This document shows positions 63,632 to 64,000 of a stretch of 64,000 nucleotides of DNA, one piece after another (position 1 is the stretch's first letter; every line of letters starts with the position of its first letter). Under the pieces are notes generated by a model. That model saw nothing but the letters and a program-made list of their open reading frames with translations, made no database searches and was not told the origin of the DNA. The position numbers were made by a program, and so were the translations under genes. Origin of the DNA: Candidatus Bathyarchaeota archaeon (GTDB lineage: Archaea; Thermoproteota; Bathyarchaeia; Bathyarchaeales; Bathycorpusculaceae); assembly GCA_963739305.1 (NCBI GenBank), contig CAVTZU010000028.1, forward strand, positions 62,443 to 126,442, read 5' to 3'.

Positions 63632-64000
63632 CCTGCAACCGGGCTGATTGCGGCTCGTCGGGCACCGTCGGATCGCGGTCGACCAGATCTACGTCGTGCA
63701 GGTCGCGTTTTGGATTCCTTGACGACCCGGGTGTTGAGCGGCCGGATCGTGTCGATCCGGCACGTGCTCCGGCTGCCGGCGACGCCACTTCTCTGGACCA
63801 CGACGCTGTCGAATCCCGCCGCGACCCGGCCGCTGCGAGTGGTGAGGCCGATCGACGACGCGAACGCCATGTCGGGACATGGATTCGTCATTTCCAGCAG
63901 GAACCCACGATTGCTGCTGGGCCAGACCGTCAGCGCGCTGTCGCCGATCGCTCGCCAACCCCACAGCCGCCCGGGGCTGTGGAAGCTGCGGACGGGCTCG

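Noticed and set aside
49734-64000. Dozens of overlapping Arg/Ala/Pro-rich ORFs
   Set aside because: Shadow frames of high-GC DNA and fragments produced by indels

Overview
The window holds two unrelated genomes joined at about 49,330. Positions 1-49,330 are archaeal, most consistent with Bathyarchaeia (inferred from the eukaryote-like topoisomerase IB, form III RuBisCO, archaeal tRNA and protein style). Positions ~49,331-64,000 are a high-GC, heavily frameshifted proteobacterial-looking sequence, most likely an assembly chimera. The archaeal part opens with a complete AMP phosphorylase / RuBisCO III / R15P isomerase cluster, followed by housekeeping genes, a polyproline-rich membrane-protein cluster around PrsW, topIB, tRNA-Ala, glnA, mgtA and an ABC-2 exporter. 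A 3' tRNA-Leu fragment at 28,981 (att-like) begins an accessory region with two notable loci. The first is a wHTH fused to a mevalonate-kinase fold lacking the catalytic residues, next to a phosphomevalonate decarboxylase and behind a 20-bp-phased repeat array. The second, and the main finding, is an archaeal azol(in)e RiPP (TOMM/LAP) cluster: RRE/ThiF-like C protein, YcaO, SagB-type dehydrogenase and a convergent small precursor with the microcin-B17-like core TTCGGGGCGCGTGCSFS, flanked by a PaaK-like ligase, a methyltransferase and recurring TTAGCGCGCGC motifs. All calls come from motif reading only; no database searches were run.
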